From Octopus vulgaris (taxonomy: Eukaryota): a stretch of DNA of 64,000 bases. Positions 27,897-41,229 of the stretch are shown piece after piece. The notes beneath the pieces are model-generated. The model was not told the DNA's origin. It saw only the letters and a program-made list of their open reading frames with translations, and searched no databases. Position 1 is the first letter of the stretch. Each line of letters begins with the position of its first letter. A program made the translations under genes and the position numbers. Where the stretch lies: NCBI GenBank assembly GCA_951406725.2, contig OX597827.1:13268001-13332000 (forward strand), given 5' to 3'.

Positions 27897-28417
27897 TTAT
27901 ACATATATGTATATTCATGCATATATACATACATACACATACACATGCACACACATGCATGCACACACAACACACACACACACACAAACACACACACAGA
28001 GAAATATGTGCAAGGTTGTATCTATGCATACTACAAACAGGGAGGCCCGCCTTATAATAAACCTACAAGACTCATCATTGAATAATATTTGCTTGGGGCA
28101 TCTCCATGGTTAGTTTTGATTCCAGCGTAAACAATGTAGGAAAAATGGATGTGAGAGAATATACCAATTAGGTCTTTCAGATATTAGAAAATGGAAGTGA
28201 AAAAAAAAAAAAAAAGATTCCTTTCTGAAAGAAAGTACTTTCTTTCTTTCTTTCTTTTTCCTTATTCAATTCCATTTCCTTCATTTTCTTTCTTTCTTTC
28301 CTTCCATTTCCTGCATATTTTTTGTATGTTATTTCATTTCTTGACGCGGGTGTGTATGTATGCATATATACATACATACATACATACATATATATATACA
28401 TACATACATACACACAT

Positions 28418-28456
<39 letters not shown>

Positions 28457-28708
28457 CATACATACACATATATATATATATATATATTCATATATATATA
28501 TATATATATATATGCATATATATATATATATATATACACATTTATATACATATATGTATACATGCATGGACGTAAATATATTTATCGACTTATATATTTT
28601 TATATATGTATGTATGTATATATGCATGTATGTATATTTTATATAGATATTTATGCATCATATATAAGCATAGAGAACAAAAAATATATACTATATAATA
28701 TACATCTA

Positions 28709-28756
<48 letters not shown>

Positions 28757-29262
28757 TTCAGACACACACACATGCACACACAAATGCACATTCAGGCATT
28801 TCACATACATACACACACATATATGTATGTCATACGTATGTATTCATGTATGTATATATATGTATGTTTGCATAGGAGGGTGAAGAGGCTTGTAACATCA
28901 TTTTCGTTACACGATCATCAAACAAATCAAAATGCAGCATTATGAGGCATACCATCGTAAAATGAATCTAATTAATTCTGAGCTCTCTTCGTCAAAGTAG
29001 TAAGGCTTTCAACAGCCCCCCACGTAGAAATATTGTTCTGTCATAAATTACTGTATCATCTCAGATATTCCCATTCTAATATAATTGCAACTAGGAAAAC
29101 TTCATCAATTTATTCCTATTAATTTACTTTCCAAAGCCATTCAGTCCGGCAATAAATATTCATTTTATTTCCTCATTATTTACAAATATCTCAAAAGATA
29201 TTTCACAGTCCCTGCTTCAATTTAGCTCATTGCCTGTTCATTCTTATATACCTCTACATACT

Positions 29263-29298
<36 letters not shown>

Positions 29299-29299
29299 A

Positions 29300-29353
<54 letters not shown>

Positions 29354-29407
29354 GTATATATATGTGTGTATGTATGTATGTAGGTTTGTATATATATGTA
29401 TATATAT

Positions 29408-29448
<41 letters not shown>

Positions 29449-29462
29449 CATAAACATATATT

Positions 29463-29500
<38 letters not shown>
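26650..29500. repeat. Densest (AT)n/(AC)n microsatellite field; similar fields at 1150-1665, 4070-5340, 11800-13130, 21900-22200, 57170-59100
   Basis: Direct reading. Confidence 0.9.
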
Positions 29501-29501
<1 letters not shown>

Positions 29502-29568
29502 CACTTGCACATGTGTACACACTCACTTTGGAAATTATGCATATATTATATTTATATTATATTCATAT

Positions 29569-29905
29569 CTTTTACTTATTTCAGTCACTCAACTACAACC
29601 ATGCCGGGATACCACCTTTTGGTCACTTTTGCCAAACCCCTAAGTTATGAGGGACAAAATACACCAACACAAGTTGTCAAACAGTTGTTGGGAGGACAAA
29701 CACAAACACAGAGATACACACACACACATATTTGTATATACAATGGGCTTCTTTCAGTTTCGGTCTACAAAATCCACTCACAAGGCTTTGGTTGGCTTGA
29801 GGCTATTGTACAGAACACTTGCTCAAGGTGACACGCTAGGAGACTGAACCCAGAACCATATGGTTGTGAAGCGAACCTCTTACCACACAGCCATGTCTTG
29901 CACCT
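29569..29905 (-). mobile_element. SINE family B, older copy
   Basis: Diverged but colinear. Confidence 0.75.
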
Positions 29906-29929
29906 ATAAGCTATGCCTATTTATAAGTA

Positions 29930-30003
<74 letters not shown>

Positions 30004-30032
30004 TAGTAGTGACGTCTGTGTGGTTCAGCTGC

Positions 30033-30075
30033 TCTGCATTGATAAGGGGCAAATACCCTGAAACTAGTCTGAAGA
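30033..30075 (+). ncRNA. Minimal type I hammerhead ribozyme-like motif (Penelope-type)
   Basis: tctgca-TTGATAA-GGGG-caaata-CCCT-GAAA-CTAG-TC-tgaaga: U3-A8 covariant core, 4-bp helix II, palindromic ACTAGT helix III, GUC triplet, helix I 5 of 6 bp. Confidence 0.6.
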
Positions 30076-30348
30076 TGCCACATCAGCAAGGGGAAGCAGC
30101 TGACCTCCCTGTTTGATGGTTATAATGGACACGGGTTCGTGTGTCACATACCAGCATTCGTACAATTTTTCTGGACTGCCTTGTTAGCTTAGCAATAACT
30201 TTTAATATATATAATTACATATAATATATATAAATATATATATATATATGCATATATAGAGAGATATATATACATGTATGTGTGTATATGTATGTAAGTT
30301 TGTTTATGCATTTATAGTTATATCTACATGTGTTTGAGTACACACACA

Positions 30349-30387
<39 letters not shown>

Positions 30388-30395
30388 ATTTGTGT

Positions 30396-30431
<36 letters not shown>

Positions 30432-31312
30432 ATATATGTGGATGGATGCATGTTTTGATGCATGTATGCATGTACACATGTATGTATGTGTAGACAATTA
30501 TTTTAATGTTATGAAAATGGGGATATTCTGACATATGTTAGTCTATTTCATTTAGCAACAAACTAGGCACTCGCACTTAAGGATAAAATGTTAATAGCAT
30601 TTGGTTGAATTTTGGTGCAGTATTTCCAATTTTTCTCATCACCATGGTAATATATCCCCACAAGCCTTCTATTCTACATTTACTCTTGTCTAAATGTTGC
30701 AATGACAAAAGCCATTATAGAAGCAATTGTCCATGACTAATAGTTTCAAATTCTCTTTAAAAAACGTTCATTGTGATGAGATCTACAAAGTTATCTATTC
30801 AATGCTGTCGGCTGTAGGAAATCTTCAATATAAAAATGTTTTTGTTGTTTAGATAAGAAGCCTTTATCTACAGCCTGCCTGTTAATTATACCAGCAAAAC
30901 AATTCCTGCATAGCTGGAGAAGATACTTTGCTTCAACACAACTGATTATTAAAGCTGACATCATATTTGGGTTTTTTTTTTTTCCAGAAAACAGAGATTT
31001 TAAATTTATATTTATGGCAAAGTTAGATTTAACACTATGCTTTATCAACCACAATTTCCTTTATACCTTGCAATTACCTATGATCATCAAACTGATATAT
31101 TATTTTTATATAAATATACACGGTCCTAAAACAACCTTTGAATTCAATGTTTGGCAACGGGAGTTGTTGTTTCAAACACACACAAACTATTTATATAAGT
31201 TAATATACTTCCTATTGAACATGCTTCAAATATATCTTTTGCTTCCATTAACTCTGGTAAATGCAGTAACGGTATTTTTTTATAGACAAGCCGAGCTTGT
31301 AAATATACTTAC

Positions 31313-31377
31313 CACTCTGCACTGAGCCCCTTTGGCGCAATAGAAGAACGTTTCAAATTTGTTGAAGTGAAAAATCA
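31313..31377 (-). CDS. Candidate exon 6 (65 nt, phase 1-0, IFHFNKFETFFYCAKGAQCRV)
   Basis: Acceptor tatctaaacag|, consensus donor TG|gtaagt; only the phase-1 frame is open from this acceptor. Confidence 0.45.
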
Positions 31378-31866
31378 CTGTTTAGATAAGATACTGAATT
31401 GCTTGCTTTGCTTAGAAATCGTGAATTCAAACCTGCTGAAGATGTCTTGTGTGCATGTGTGTGTACATGTGTGTGTGATATGTGTATGTGTGATATGTGT
31501 ATGTGTGATATGTGTATGTGTGATATGTGTGTGTGTGTGTGTGTGTTTGTGTGTGTGTGTGCTTGTGTGAACATTTATGTATCTTCCTATCTATCTATCT
31601 ATCTGTTTGTTTGTTTGTCTATACATGTATACATATTCATATACATACACACACTAAATACACACAAGCATGGACACACACACATACACACACACACAAA
31701 ATACACACATGCATGGACACACACACACAAAATACACACATGCATGCACACACACTCACATATTTTTATATATATACACATGCACATATACATATATATA
31801 TACATATATATACACACATATATATACATGCACATACACATATGTATATAATATATGTATAATACA

Positions 31867-32238
31867 TGAAGGCACAATGGCCCAGTGGTTAGGGCAGCGG
31901 ACTCACAGTCATAAGATCGATTCCCAGACCAAGTGTTGTGAGTGCTTATTGAGCGAAACCCCTAAAACTCCACGAGGCTCCAGCAGGGGGTAGTGGTGAA
32001 CCCTGCTGTACTCTTTCACCACAAATTTCTTTCACTCTTTCTTCCTGTTTCTGTTGTACCTGTATTTCAAAGGGGCCGGCCTTGTCACACTGTGTCACGC
32101 TGAATCTCCCCGAGAACTACATTAAGGGTACACATGTCTATGGAGCGCTCAGCCACTTGTATGTTAATTTCACGAGCAGGCTGTTCCATTGATCGGATCA
32201 ACTGGAACCCTCATCGTTGTAACCAACAGAGTGCCACA
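31867..32238 (+). mobile_element. SINE family C
   Basis: Colinear with the 40390 copy. Confidence 0.82.
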
Positions 32239-32597
32239 ATATAACGCATACGTCATCATCATCATCATCATCATCATCATCACTTCAGCATCTATTTTTC
32301 CATGCTTCCATGGGTCATGTGGGGGTTCGTTTGAAGCAGCTTTTCTATAGTTGGGTACTGTTCCTGTCACCAACCCTCACCTGTTTCCAAGCAAGGTAAT
32401 GTTTCCCAATGTCTTGACTTCTTCTTATGGTATGCTGGAAATGAATGACACTGCTTGTTATGACAGAGACAGTTATTAGGCAGTATCACATGCTGTCAAG
32501 AGAAAGAGGCACAAAATGACATGCACACACATAAAAACACAATCTCATACACACACACACACACTCACATATGTATGTGTGTGTGTGTATGTATTTT

Positions 32598-32993
32598 TCT
32601 TTTAATTGTTTCAGTCATTTGACTGTGGCCATGCTGGAGCATCACTTTTAGTCAAGCAAATCGACCCCAGGACTTATTCTTTGTAAGCCTAATACTTATT
32701 TTATCGGTCTCTTTTGCCGAACCGGTAGGTTACAGGGACATAAACACACTAACATTGCTTGTCAAGCGATGGTAGGGGACACACACACACACACACACAT
32801 ATATATAGAGATATAGATATATATATATAAGACAGACTTCTTTCAGTTTCCATTAACCAAATCCACTCATAAGGCCTTGGTTGGCCCAAGGCTATAGTAG
32901 AAGACACCTGCCCATGGTGCCACACAGTGGGACTGAACCCGAAGCTATGTGGTTGGGAAGCAAGCTTCTTACCACACAGCCAAACCTGCACCT
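32598..32993 (-). mobile_element. SINE family B
   Basis: Colinear similarity. Confidence 0.8.
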
Positions 32994-33165
32994 ATATATA
33001 ATTCCTAGATGAAAATCAGATATTTTCTGCATAGAGTACACTTAGTTGTATTCAAGAAGTTTAAACATGAGCAGGTTGAGGAGTAAATGTAAGGATAAGA
33101 GAGTTTGGCAGTCCGATATACAAAGAGGTTCATATCATCTGTCAACAAAATCAATTTATATTGGA

Positions 33166-33562
33166 CTAGCAGTATTGCCCGGCGTTGCTTGGGTTTGTAA
33201 GGGAAATAACTATATAAGCATTTTTAGAGATGTAAAGTATAATAGCCATCTCAATATCGCTAACCACAAAGGGGTGGTTGTTACTGTAGCTTTTTACATT
33301 CTGAGATTTAATAATACAGTTTTAGAGAGTTACTTTCTTTATATAATAGCAAAAAAATGCATTAAAAATGGGAAAAAATGATGGTAAATATTTTTTAAAA
33401 TCGTAGACTCATCGTAGACACGCGCTAATACCCAGAAGGGCTTGAAATGAATCACGACTATAAGATACCCGGTTTTGGTTAAACTGCACCGCAAAATGTG
33501 GGAGTAGTTAGGAATCTAAATCGTAGGAGACAGACACACAACTTGACTTTTATATATAAAGA
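33166..33562 (-). mobile_element. Non-autonomous Helitron, same family as 22881
   Basis: Reverse complement of the 22881 element over nearly its full length. Confidence 0.8.
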
Positions 33563-33651
33563 TTTGTAATATTCTTCTTCAACCCATTTAATTCTTGATA
33601 TCATTTCTATTCTTTGTATGTCGGACCTTTTTTGTATACAAGCATACTCTT

Positions 33652-34056
33652 TAGTCTTTTACTTGTTTCAGTCATTTGACTGTGGCCATGCAGGAGCACC
33701 GCCTTTAGTCGAGCTATTGGACCCCAGAACTTATTCTTTGTAAGCCTAGTACTTATTCTATCTGTCTCTTTTGCCGAACTGCTAAGTTACGGGTACATAA
33801 ACACACCAGCATCAGTTGTCAAGTGATGTTGGGGGGGCCAAACACAGACACATAAACATATACAGACACATACATATATATATACATATATACGACAGGT
33901 TTCTTTTCAGTTTCTGTCTACCAAATCCGCTCACAAGGCTTTGGTCGGCCCGAGGCTATAGCAGAAGACACTTGCCCAAGATGCCACGCAGTGGAACTGA
34001 ACCCAGAACCATGTGGTTGGTAAGCAAGCTACTTACCACACAGCCACTCCTACACC
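33652..34056 (-). mobile_element. SINE family B
   Basis: Colinear similarity. Confidence 0.82.
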
Positions 34057-34479
34057 CTACATAAGTAGGAGTTTTTATTAGAAATGTGGTCTCAAAAGGT
34101 TATATTTATTTTTAATAAATTTCAGTGGTTTAGTTTTACAACAATAAATAAACATAGTGTACCTGTCCTGTCGTTGAAAATTTCAAGCCAAAATTTTTCC
34201 CAAAAAGTCTATAAAATATCTACAGGAGGAACATATCTTTACCAATTTTAAAAACTTATTAAATAATGGAGAGTAGCTTATATTTGCATGGCTGAAGTTA
34301 AAATACATTATTTTGCAAACGCATTTTTGTTCTTTAAAAAGGGCCATTCTTATTATGATCATTGGCATAACAAGAATTTTAGACATTAATTTTTTTCGCC
34401 CAAATCATATCTACATTTGCTATTGGTTGTATAAGTCTAGAAATGACCCTAATCCTTCTATTCTCAACTACAGATATTT

Positions 34480-34660
34480 TCTTCTGTTAACTGTCCTCCT
34501 ATAACTGCAGCATTCCAGTCTGTTTTTGTCAATCTCCATTCAAAATACCACTAATCCAGCTTATAATATTTCTTCATCCAGTTCTCTTTGTCCATTTTCA
34601 GTAAATGCTGCAAGACTTGTTCGGAAAGAAACAACACCTCCTGAGTTAGATTCCTACCCA
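34480..34660 (-). mobile_element. Highly decayed RTE-like RT C-terminal relic
   Basis: QHLLKMDKENWMKKYYKL..RLTKTDWN resembles the HVLRM..WVKK..RKTW end of RTE ORFs. Confidence 0.35.
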
Positions 34661-34680
34661 TCTTATCTACATAATGTGAG

Positions 34681-34751
<71 letters not shown>

Positions 34752-34873
34752 ATGCATGTGTATGTGTGTACATATTTGTGTATGCTTGTATTGATATAAG
34801 TGAATATTATATGTGTACGTGTGAGTGTGTATGTATGTATGTATGTAGATATATAATATGTAGATATACATGA

Positions 34874-34922
<49 letters not shown>

Positions 34923-34926
34923 TAGT

Positions 34927-34972
<46 letters not shown>

Positions 34973-35837
34973 TAGATATAAATATATATGTGTGTGTGTA
35001 TATATATATATACATATACATATATATGTATGTATATGTATATATATATATATGTATGTATGTGTATATATATATATATACACACATATGTATGTATATG
35101 TATATATAAATATGCATATATATGTATGTGTGTGTGTGTGTATATATATACATATATGCATATACTTATTTATATCTATATAAATATATAAAGTATGTGT
35201 ATGCATATACAAATGTACATATACACATAGCTGTGTGTGTATGTGTATGTATGTGTGTGTGTGTGTGCATATGCTTAAGTGAATGTATATTGTATATAAT
35301 TTTTATTGTTTTTAGTATCATCATCATCATCATCATCATGGTCGTCGTCATCATCATCTTCTTTTCGTTTTTGTCACATGATATTGCAGATTATCTCTAT
35401 GTATCTTGGGCATAGGTTTTCCATCCAAGAGGGATTAGAAGGAATGCTTGTTTTTTTTTTGTGTTTTTTTTTTTTTGCATTCTTTTTCGGTAAGGTGAGG
35501 TCTTTTTCCATCTGATATTGGGTTTTAGGTACTGCTCAGTGCTCTGTATGCATGCATGCGTGTGTGTGCGTATGTGTGTGTGTGTGTGTGCGTGTGTGTG
35601 TGTGTTGTGGGTGAGGGCTGGGGTGTGCACGCATGCCTGTGTATAGGAATCTGTCACTTGTGGTAAGTGAGAAGGCAAAGACGGAAACGGAGTGGGACTA
35701 ACAGACAGACAATATTACCAACTATTTATCTTTTAGTTTTTTTTTAATATTCATTTCAGTCATTGGACTGCGGCCATGCTGGGGCACCACCTTGAAAGCC
35801 TGGTGGAAAGCATGTGGTTGGAAACTGAGCTTCTTAA

Positions 35838-36057
35838 CCCTTTTGTTACTGTATTTATTTTGAGATACTCTGTGTTTCTTTCAATTACTTTAAATGTACC
35901 AAAGAATTTAGTAAAATAACTTAGTTATCATTCAGCTAGTGTTAGGAATATAAGTTGTGATTAAGGTTTGGTGGAAGATTTTAATTCAGAACTTATGAAA
36001 ATAAGACATTTGTACTCAGATGCAGAGCCGGTTTGAGCCGTAGTGATAATGAAAGGG
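35838..36057. mobile_element. piggyBac-type MITE
   Basis: TTAA|CCCTTT...AAAGGG|TTAA; related copies at 44013-44233, 10316-10597 and about 25030-25265. Confidence 0.8.
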
Positions 36058-38261
36058 TTAACCACACAACCATAACTATACCTTCCATATTGTTTGCTTC
36101 AGTTTATTGTTTCTCATTTACAAATGATTCTGATACAAACAAGTGAGTATACACTTTTTAGTTTACAATAAGTTTTCTAAGGGAACAGAATCTCCAATAA
36201 ATTGAATAGCTCTAAGGAGTAAAATACCTAAAATTTCAAGCATGTTCCCTTCAGCAGACTGTAGAAAACAAAGGAGTCCTTTCTTCATTGTATTTTATGC
36301 TTTGTTGAAAAGCAGGAGCCAGCATTTTTGCACGTTTTAATCCTCATGGCAAATGAATTCCACAAATTTTTTCTATAGTTTATTCTTGCCAGACTTGATC
36401 AAAACCAGTTTTCTTGGATTTTGTATTTTACCAGTCTTCTTGTTTGCATGCTAATCAATTCTTCTCATATATGGTTTAAATGTTTAATCAGTTTTCTTTG
36501 AATTTTCCTTAAACCCTTTTGAAGCCAGCTCACCCAAGACTGTCCTTTGTTCTATAACACTATGTAACCAAATTTTTCTTTTCTTTTTTTTTTTGTCTTT
36601 GGTTAGTAAGTGTTATTTTCTATTTCTTTCTATCTAAAAATCAAAGGAAACGACTACTATTTCCTTCAAACTTTGCTTTTGTGATCTGGACTTCAATATT
36701 TTGAAACTGAACTTCTTCCCATTACATTTCAGATTGACACAGTGCTGCGTTGCTGAAGCAGAACTATCATTATAGCAAATATTCTGCTCAGTACCATAGA
36801 TTTGCTGATCACTTGCTTGACTTTAACTACTTGAGCATGTCTCTTAGTGGCTAATCACATGTTTTTCTCTGATCATGAGCAGGAGTAATGGGGGAGCATT
36901 ATAGAGATGTGCTGAGAGGGACTTTTTGGGGTTTGAATAAATGTAACAAAAGCAAAGTTTGAAGGAAATATTAGCCATTTTTCATACTTTCTAGGGGTAA
37001 GCAAAAAGAAAATAAGTTGTCACCCAAGGAGAAAAAATTGTGTTACACTGTGTAGTACACACTTGCGTTTTTAAAGTCTAAATTAAGACCTTCCATCAAA
37101 CTTTCCTGTTAATTTTTCTAAACCCTAGCTTAGGAATGGTTTCAAATTTTGGCACAATGATAGCAATTTTAAGGTTTAAATGGAGGGGTAAGTCAATTAC
37201 ATTGATCCAAGGGCTGAGCTGGTACTTATCTTATAGACTCTAAAAAGATGAATGACAACGTTGACCTTGATGGAATTTGAACCCAGAACAAAAGAACTGA
37301 AAGAAATTCTGCTTAGTATTTTTTCTGATTCTTTTATGGTTATATGAGTCGGCAAGTAAGCATCTGCATGGTCACTTCATCTTCTAGAAATAGCAACCAA
37401 ACTCGTGTATCTTGCTTTCTTCCTTTAAACAAGAGGACACTTTTGATAATGTAATTCAAAATAGGGATGATCTTGGCTGGAATGCCTTTGATTATAGGTT
37501 CACTCAAGAAGAGCTCACTTGATAGTAAAAAAAACAGCTATAACAGTAACAAGATATTAAGATATGTTTAATGATATGAGGGTAACAAGCTAGCGGAATA
37601 ATTTGCATGCAGGGTGAAATGCTTAGCAGTATTTCATCTGTGTTTACATTTTGAGTTCAAGTTAAACTGAGGTCTCAGGTCGATAAAATAAGTACATATT
37701 TCTTTATTACCCACAAGGGGCTAAACATAGAGGGGACAAACATGGACAGACAAAGGTATAAAGTCAATTACATCGACTCCAGTGCATAACTGGTACTTAA
37801 TTTATCGACCCCAAAAGGATGAAAGGCAAAGTCGACCTTGGCGGAATTTGAACTCAGAACATAACGGCAGACAAAATACCGCTAAGTATTTTGCCCAGCG
37901 TGTTAATGTTTCAGCCAGCTCACTGCCCTGACAAAATAAGTACCAGTTGAGCACTGGGGTCAATATAATCCTCAAAATTGCTAGCTTTGTACTATAACTT
38001 AAAGCTATTATTGTTGTTGTTATCATTATCATCACCATTTTCATCGTCGTCATCGTCATTGTAATCATCGTTGTCGTCGTCATTGTCATAATCATTATCT
38101 TCATCATCCTTTCTAGTCAAGTATTAAAGACAATCTAATTTTATTACTCTCTTCCCCAAAATGGTCTGTGATCTTATGTATTTCTTGGGATGTGGAATGT
38201 GCCCAGAAAAAAAGCTATTTTTTGACTTGTGTGTACTATTATCATCACCCAGAATTCCAAA

Positions 38262-38575
38262 CTACTCAAGTTAATAGCATCATAACTCGAGATTCGCTGA
38301 CAAGTTTCACTAACTCTCAAGGACTTTGCAGAGGGTTCTTGCAGAATAGAAAATGACAGTTTCCTGCAATTCTGCCAAAGGGAGCCTCAGTTCCAGTGCC
38401 TTTCACTCTCATAAACAGTTGGTTTGGCATTGTTCCCAGTGTTCCGACAACATCAGGGTTGACATTCACTGATATATTCCCATATTTTTCTCAGTTCTCT
38501 GGCCAATTCCAAATACTTCTAAATATCTTCTATTTCTTTTGCTTTGACTCAGCTAAAATGTTGTATAATCTATGA
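38262..38575 (-). mobile_element. Decayed REL-endonuclease (R4/Dong-like) LINE 3' fragment
   Basis: Frameshifted KYLELARELRKIW..DVVGTLGT..ELQETVIFYSARTLCKVLES. Confidence 0.7.
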
Positions 38576-38947
38576 TCTTACACACTTCGTTTTTTGTTAA
38601 GGTTTTTTTCCCCCCACCACACTATTATTCTTTAATTCTTTTATTCATTTATTCTTTTCCTGGTTTGGGTCATTGAACTTTGGGGCCATGATGGAGAACC
38701 ACCTTCAAATATTTAACCCCAGAATTTATTTCAGTGTTATTCTATCCTGGTACTGAATTTATCAATTTTTATTTATTAAAAGGTTAAAGTAGCCTTTCCC
38801 ATGTAAACAGATGAATCAATAACAGGAACATAGACATGTTCATACACACATGTATACACCTGCAAACATACATATATACTTTTAAGTTTTTATGTATATG
38901 TATATGTGTGTATGTGTGTGTGTGTGTGTATGTGCATAAATATATAT

Positions 38948-38948
<1 letters not shown>

Positions 38949-39012
<64 letters not shown>

Positions 39013-39078
39013 GATGGATGGATGGATGGATGGATGGGTAGATAGATAGATGGATGGATGGATGGATGGATGGATGGG

Positions 39079-39163
<85 letters not shown>

Positions 39164-39222
39164 GGATGGATGGATGGATGGATGGGTAGATAGATAGATG
39201 GATGGATGGATGGATGGATGGG

Positions 39223-39303
<81 letters not shown>

Positions 39304-39324
39304 GGATGGATGGATAGATAGATA
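38949..39324. repeat. Compound (AGAT)n/(GGAT)n microsatellite with higher-order blocks
   Basis: Direct reading. Confidence 0.95.
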
Positions 39325-39668
39325 CATACATACATAAATCTTTAGGTAAATATATTCAATAAGAATATTATGTACTGAATATATATTGAGTGCTCAATTG
39401 TATCAAAATATTAATACTATTAAAGTATTTATATATTCAATACGAGCTATATATACATACACTTCTTAATGATATATTATTATTATTAATATAAGGAAAT
39501 GAATATCCAAACTCACCATAAAGATATATCCGTGTAAAAATACATATTATATTAAAAATATATATAAATAACTATAAAAATATATGTAAATATGTATAAA
39601 TGTAAGTATAATGTATAAATAAATTTGATATTTTAAAAGTTTTGAATTAATTATTTAAAGCATCTTAC

Positions 39669-39733
39669 CATTGTTGAGTTGTCCCTGTAATGAAACCCAA
39701 TATTGATAAGCATTTGTAGACAACTCTTCTGCT
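39669..39733 (-). CDS. Candidate exon 5 (65 nt, phase 2-1, AEELSTNAYQYWVSLQGQLNN)
   Basis: Strong donor G|gtaaga; requires acceptor tctctgaag| rather than the catag 15 nt upstream; repeats the SLQGQL motif of exon 3. Confidence 0.48.
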
Positions 39734-39865
39734 CTTCAGAGATATAAACTATGAATATTATATAATATATCGAATGATAGTTTGTTTGTTTTTTAATAAA
39801 AATTTGAAATAAAACAGTAAAATGGTGTTTGTTTGAAATATAAATAAAAAATAAAAAATTACTAC

Positions 39866-39913
39866 CTTTGATGAGAGTCTTTAAATCCATATATACTTCC
39901 CTGGTTATTTTTC
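39866..39913 (-). CDS. Candidate exon 4 (48 nt, phase 2-2, KNNQGSIYGFKDSHQ)
   Basis: Acceptor ctgcag| (weak pyrimidine tract), donor AG|gtagta; an alternative 27-nt exon exists at 39939-39965. Confidence 0.33.
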
Positions 39914-40389
39914 CTGCAGTAATCCATAATATTCATACGTAAAATTCGTCATATTATCTTGCATTCTAGTATAGTTCATGTAGTTAGTTTAGAAATGTGA
40001 AATTTGTATATACTTTAGTATGACAATCTTGAAATTCATATGTCTTCTTGGTAATTCCTTTGTAGCAATCCATAACACTTTTGTCTTGGTAATTCCTCTC
40101 TACTGGGTCAGAACAAGTAAATGCTGGTCAACTTGGTACCGGTTTCGAAATTTAGTGCCAAATAGGTGCCTGAGTTTTCATCAGCCCAAGTCTCTTTTGT
40201 TTCAAGAGCAAAGAGTGAAAATAAATCTGAGTGAAGACAAAAATTTTACGACAATTGACAGTTTACTTACTGAAACAACATTCGTAAAACAGGAATGCAA
40301 TAAAAACGAAATACAATAAGTGTGATAATGTTTTCGCTTTTCATAACTGTTACCCATGTTTGAACAACCCTGCATTATTTTCTACAGGT

Positions 40390-40775
40390 GGAGGCGCAAT
40401 GGCCCAGTGGTTAGGGCAGTGGACTCACAGTCGTAGGATCGCGGTTTCGATTCCCAGACTGGGCGTTGTGAGTGTTTATTGAACGAAAACACCTAAAGCT
40501 CCACGAGGCTCCGGCAGGGGATGGTGGTGATCCCTGCTGTACTCTTTCACTACAACTTTCTCTCACTCTTTCTTCCTGTTTCTGTTGTACCTGTATTTCA
40601 AAGGGCCGGCCTTGTCACTCTCTGTGTCACGCTGAATATCCCCGAGAACTACGTTAAGGGTACACGTGTCTGTGGAGTGCTCAACCACTTACACGTTAAT
40701 TTCATGAGCAGGCTGTTCCGTTGGTTGGATCAACCGGAACCCTCATCGTCGTAACAGACGGAGTGCTTCCATCCA
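40390..40775 (+). mobile_element. SINE family C, full-length with TSD
   Basis: Flanked by ttttctaca on both sides. Confidence 0.88.
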
Positions 40776-41229
40776 TATTTTCTACAAACAATTTAGGTGA
40801 ATAATGCACATTTTTTAGCACCCAGGAATACAATAAGTGTGATAATGCTTTCGCTTTTCATAACAGTTACCCACGTTTGAACAACCCTGCATTATTTTCT
40901 ACCCACACTATTATTATTCTTTAATTCTTTTATTCATTTATTCTTTTCCTAGTTTGGGTCATTGAACTTTGCTCTTGAAACAAAAGAGACTTGGGCTGAT
41001 GAAAAACCAGGTACCTATTTGGCACTAAATTTCGAAACCAGTACCAAGTTGACCAGCCTTTACTTGTTCTGACCCAGTAGAGAGGAATTACCAAGTCACA
41101 TCATAGAAATCTCATAGCTATGAGAGAATGCACGATTAATTCAATACAATGTGAAAAACTAAGCATCACATTTGGTAGAATAATCTGAATACTGAAGGGT
41201 TAAAGCAATCAGTTATCAAAATTATCAGA

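Noticed and set aside
30600-31000. Possible extra exons at 30.6-31.0 kb
   Set aside because: No acceptor/donor pair gave a convincing open, phase-compatible exon
39651-39890. Alternative frame GKITREVYMDLKTLIK-VYISEEQKSCLQMLINIGFHYRDNSTM using the 39749 acceptor
   Set aside because: Phases do not join exon 3 or exon 6 and the SLQGQL repeat is lost; not excluded if further exons were missed
40390-40465. tRNA-like sequences at the SINE heads
   Set aside because: Each continues into a SINE body and lacks a complete acceptor stem; not tRNA genes
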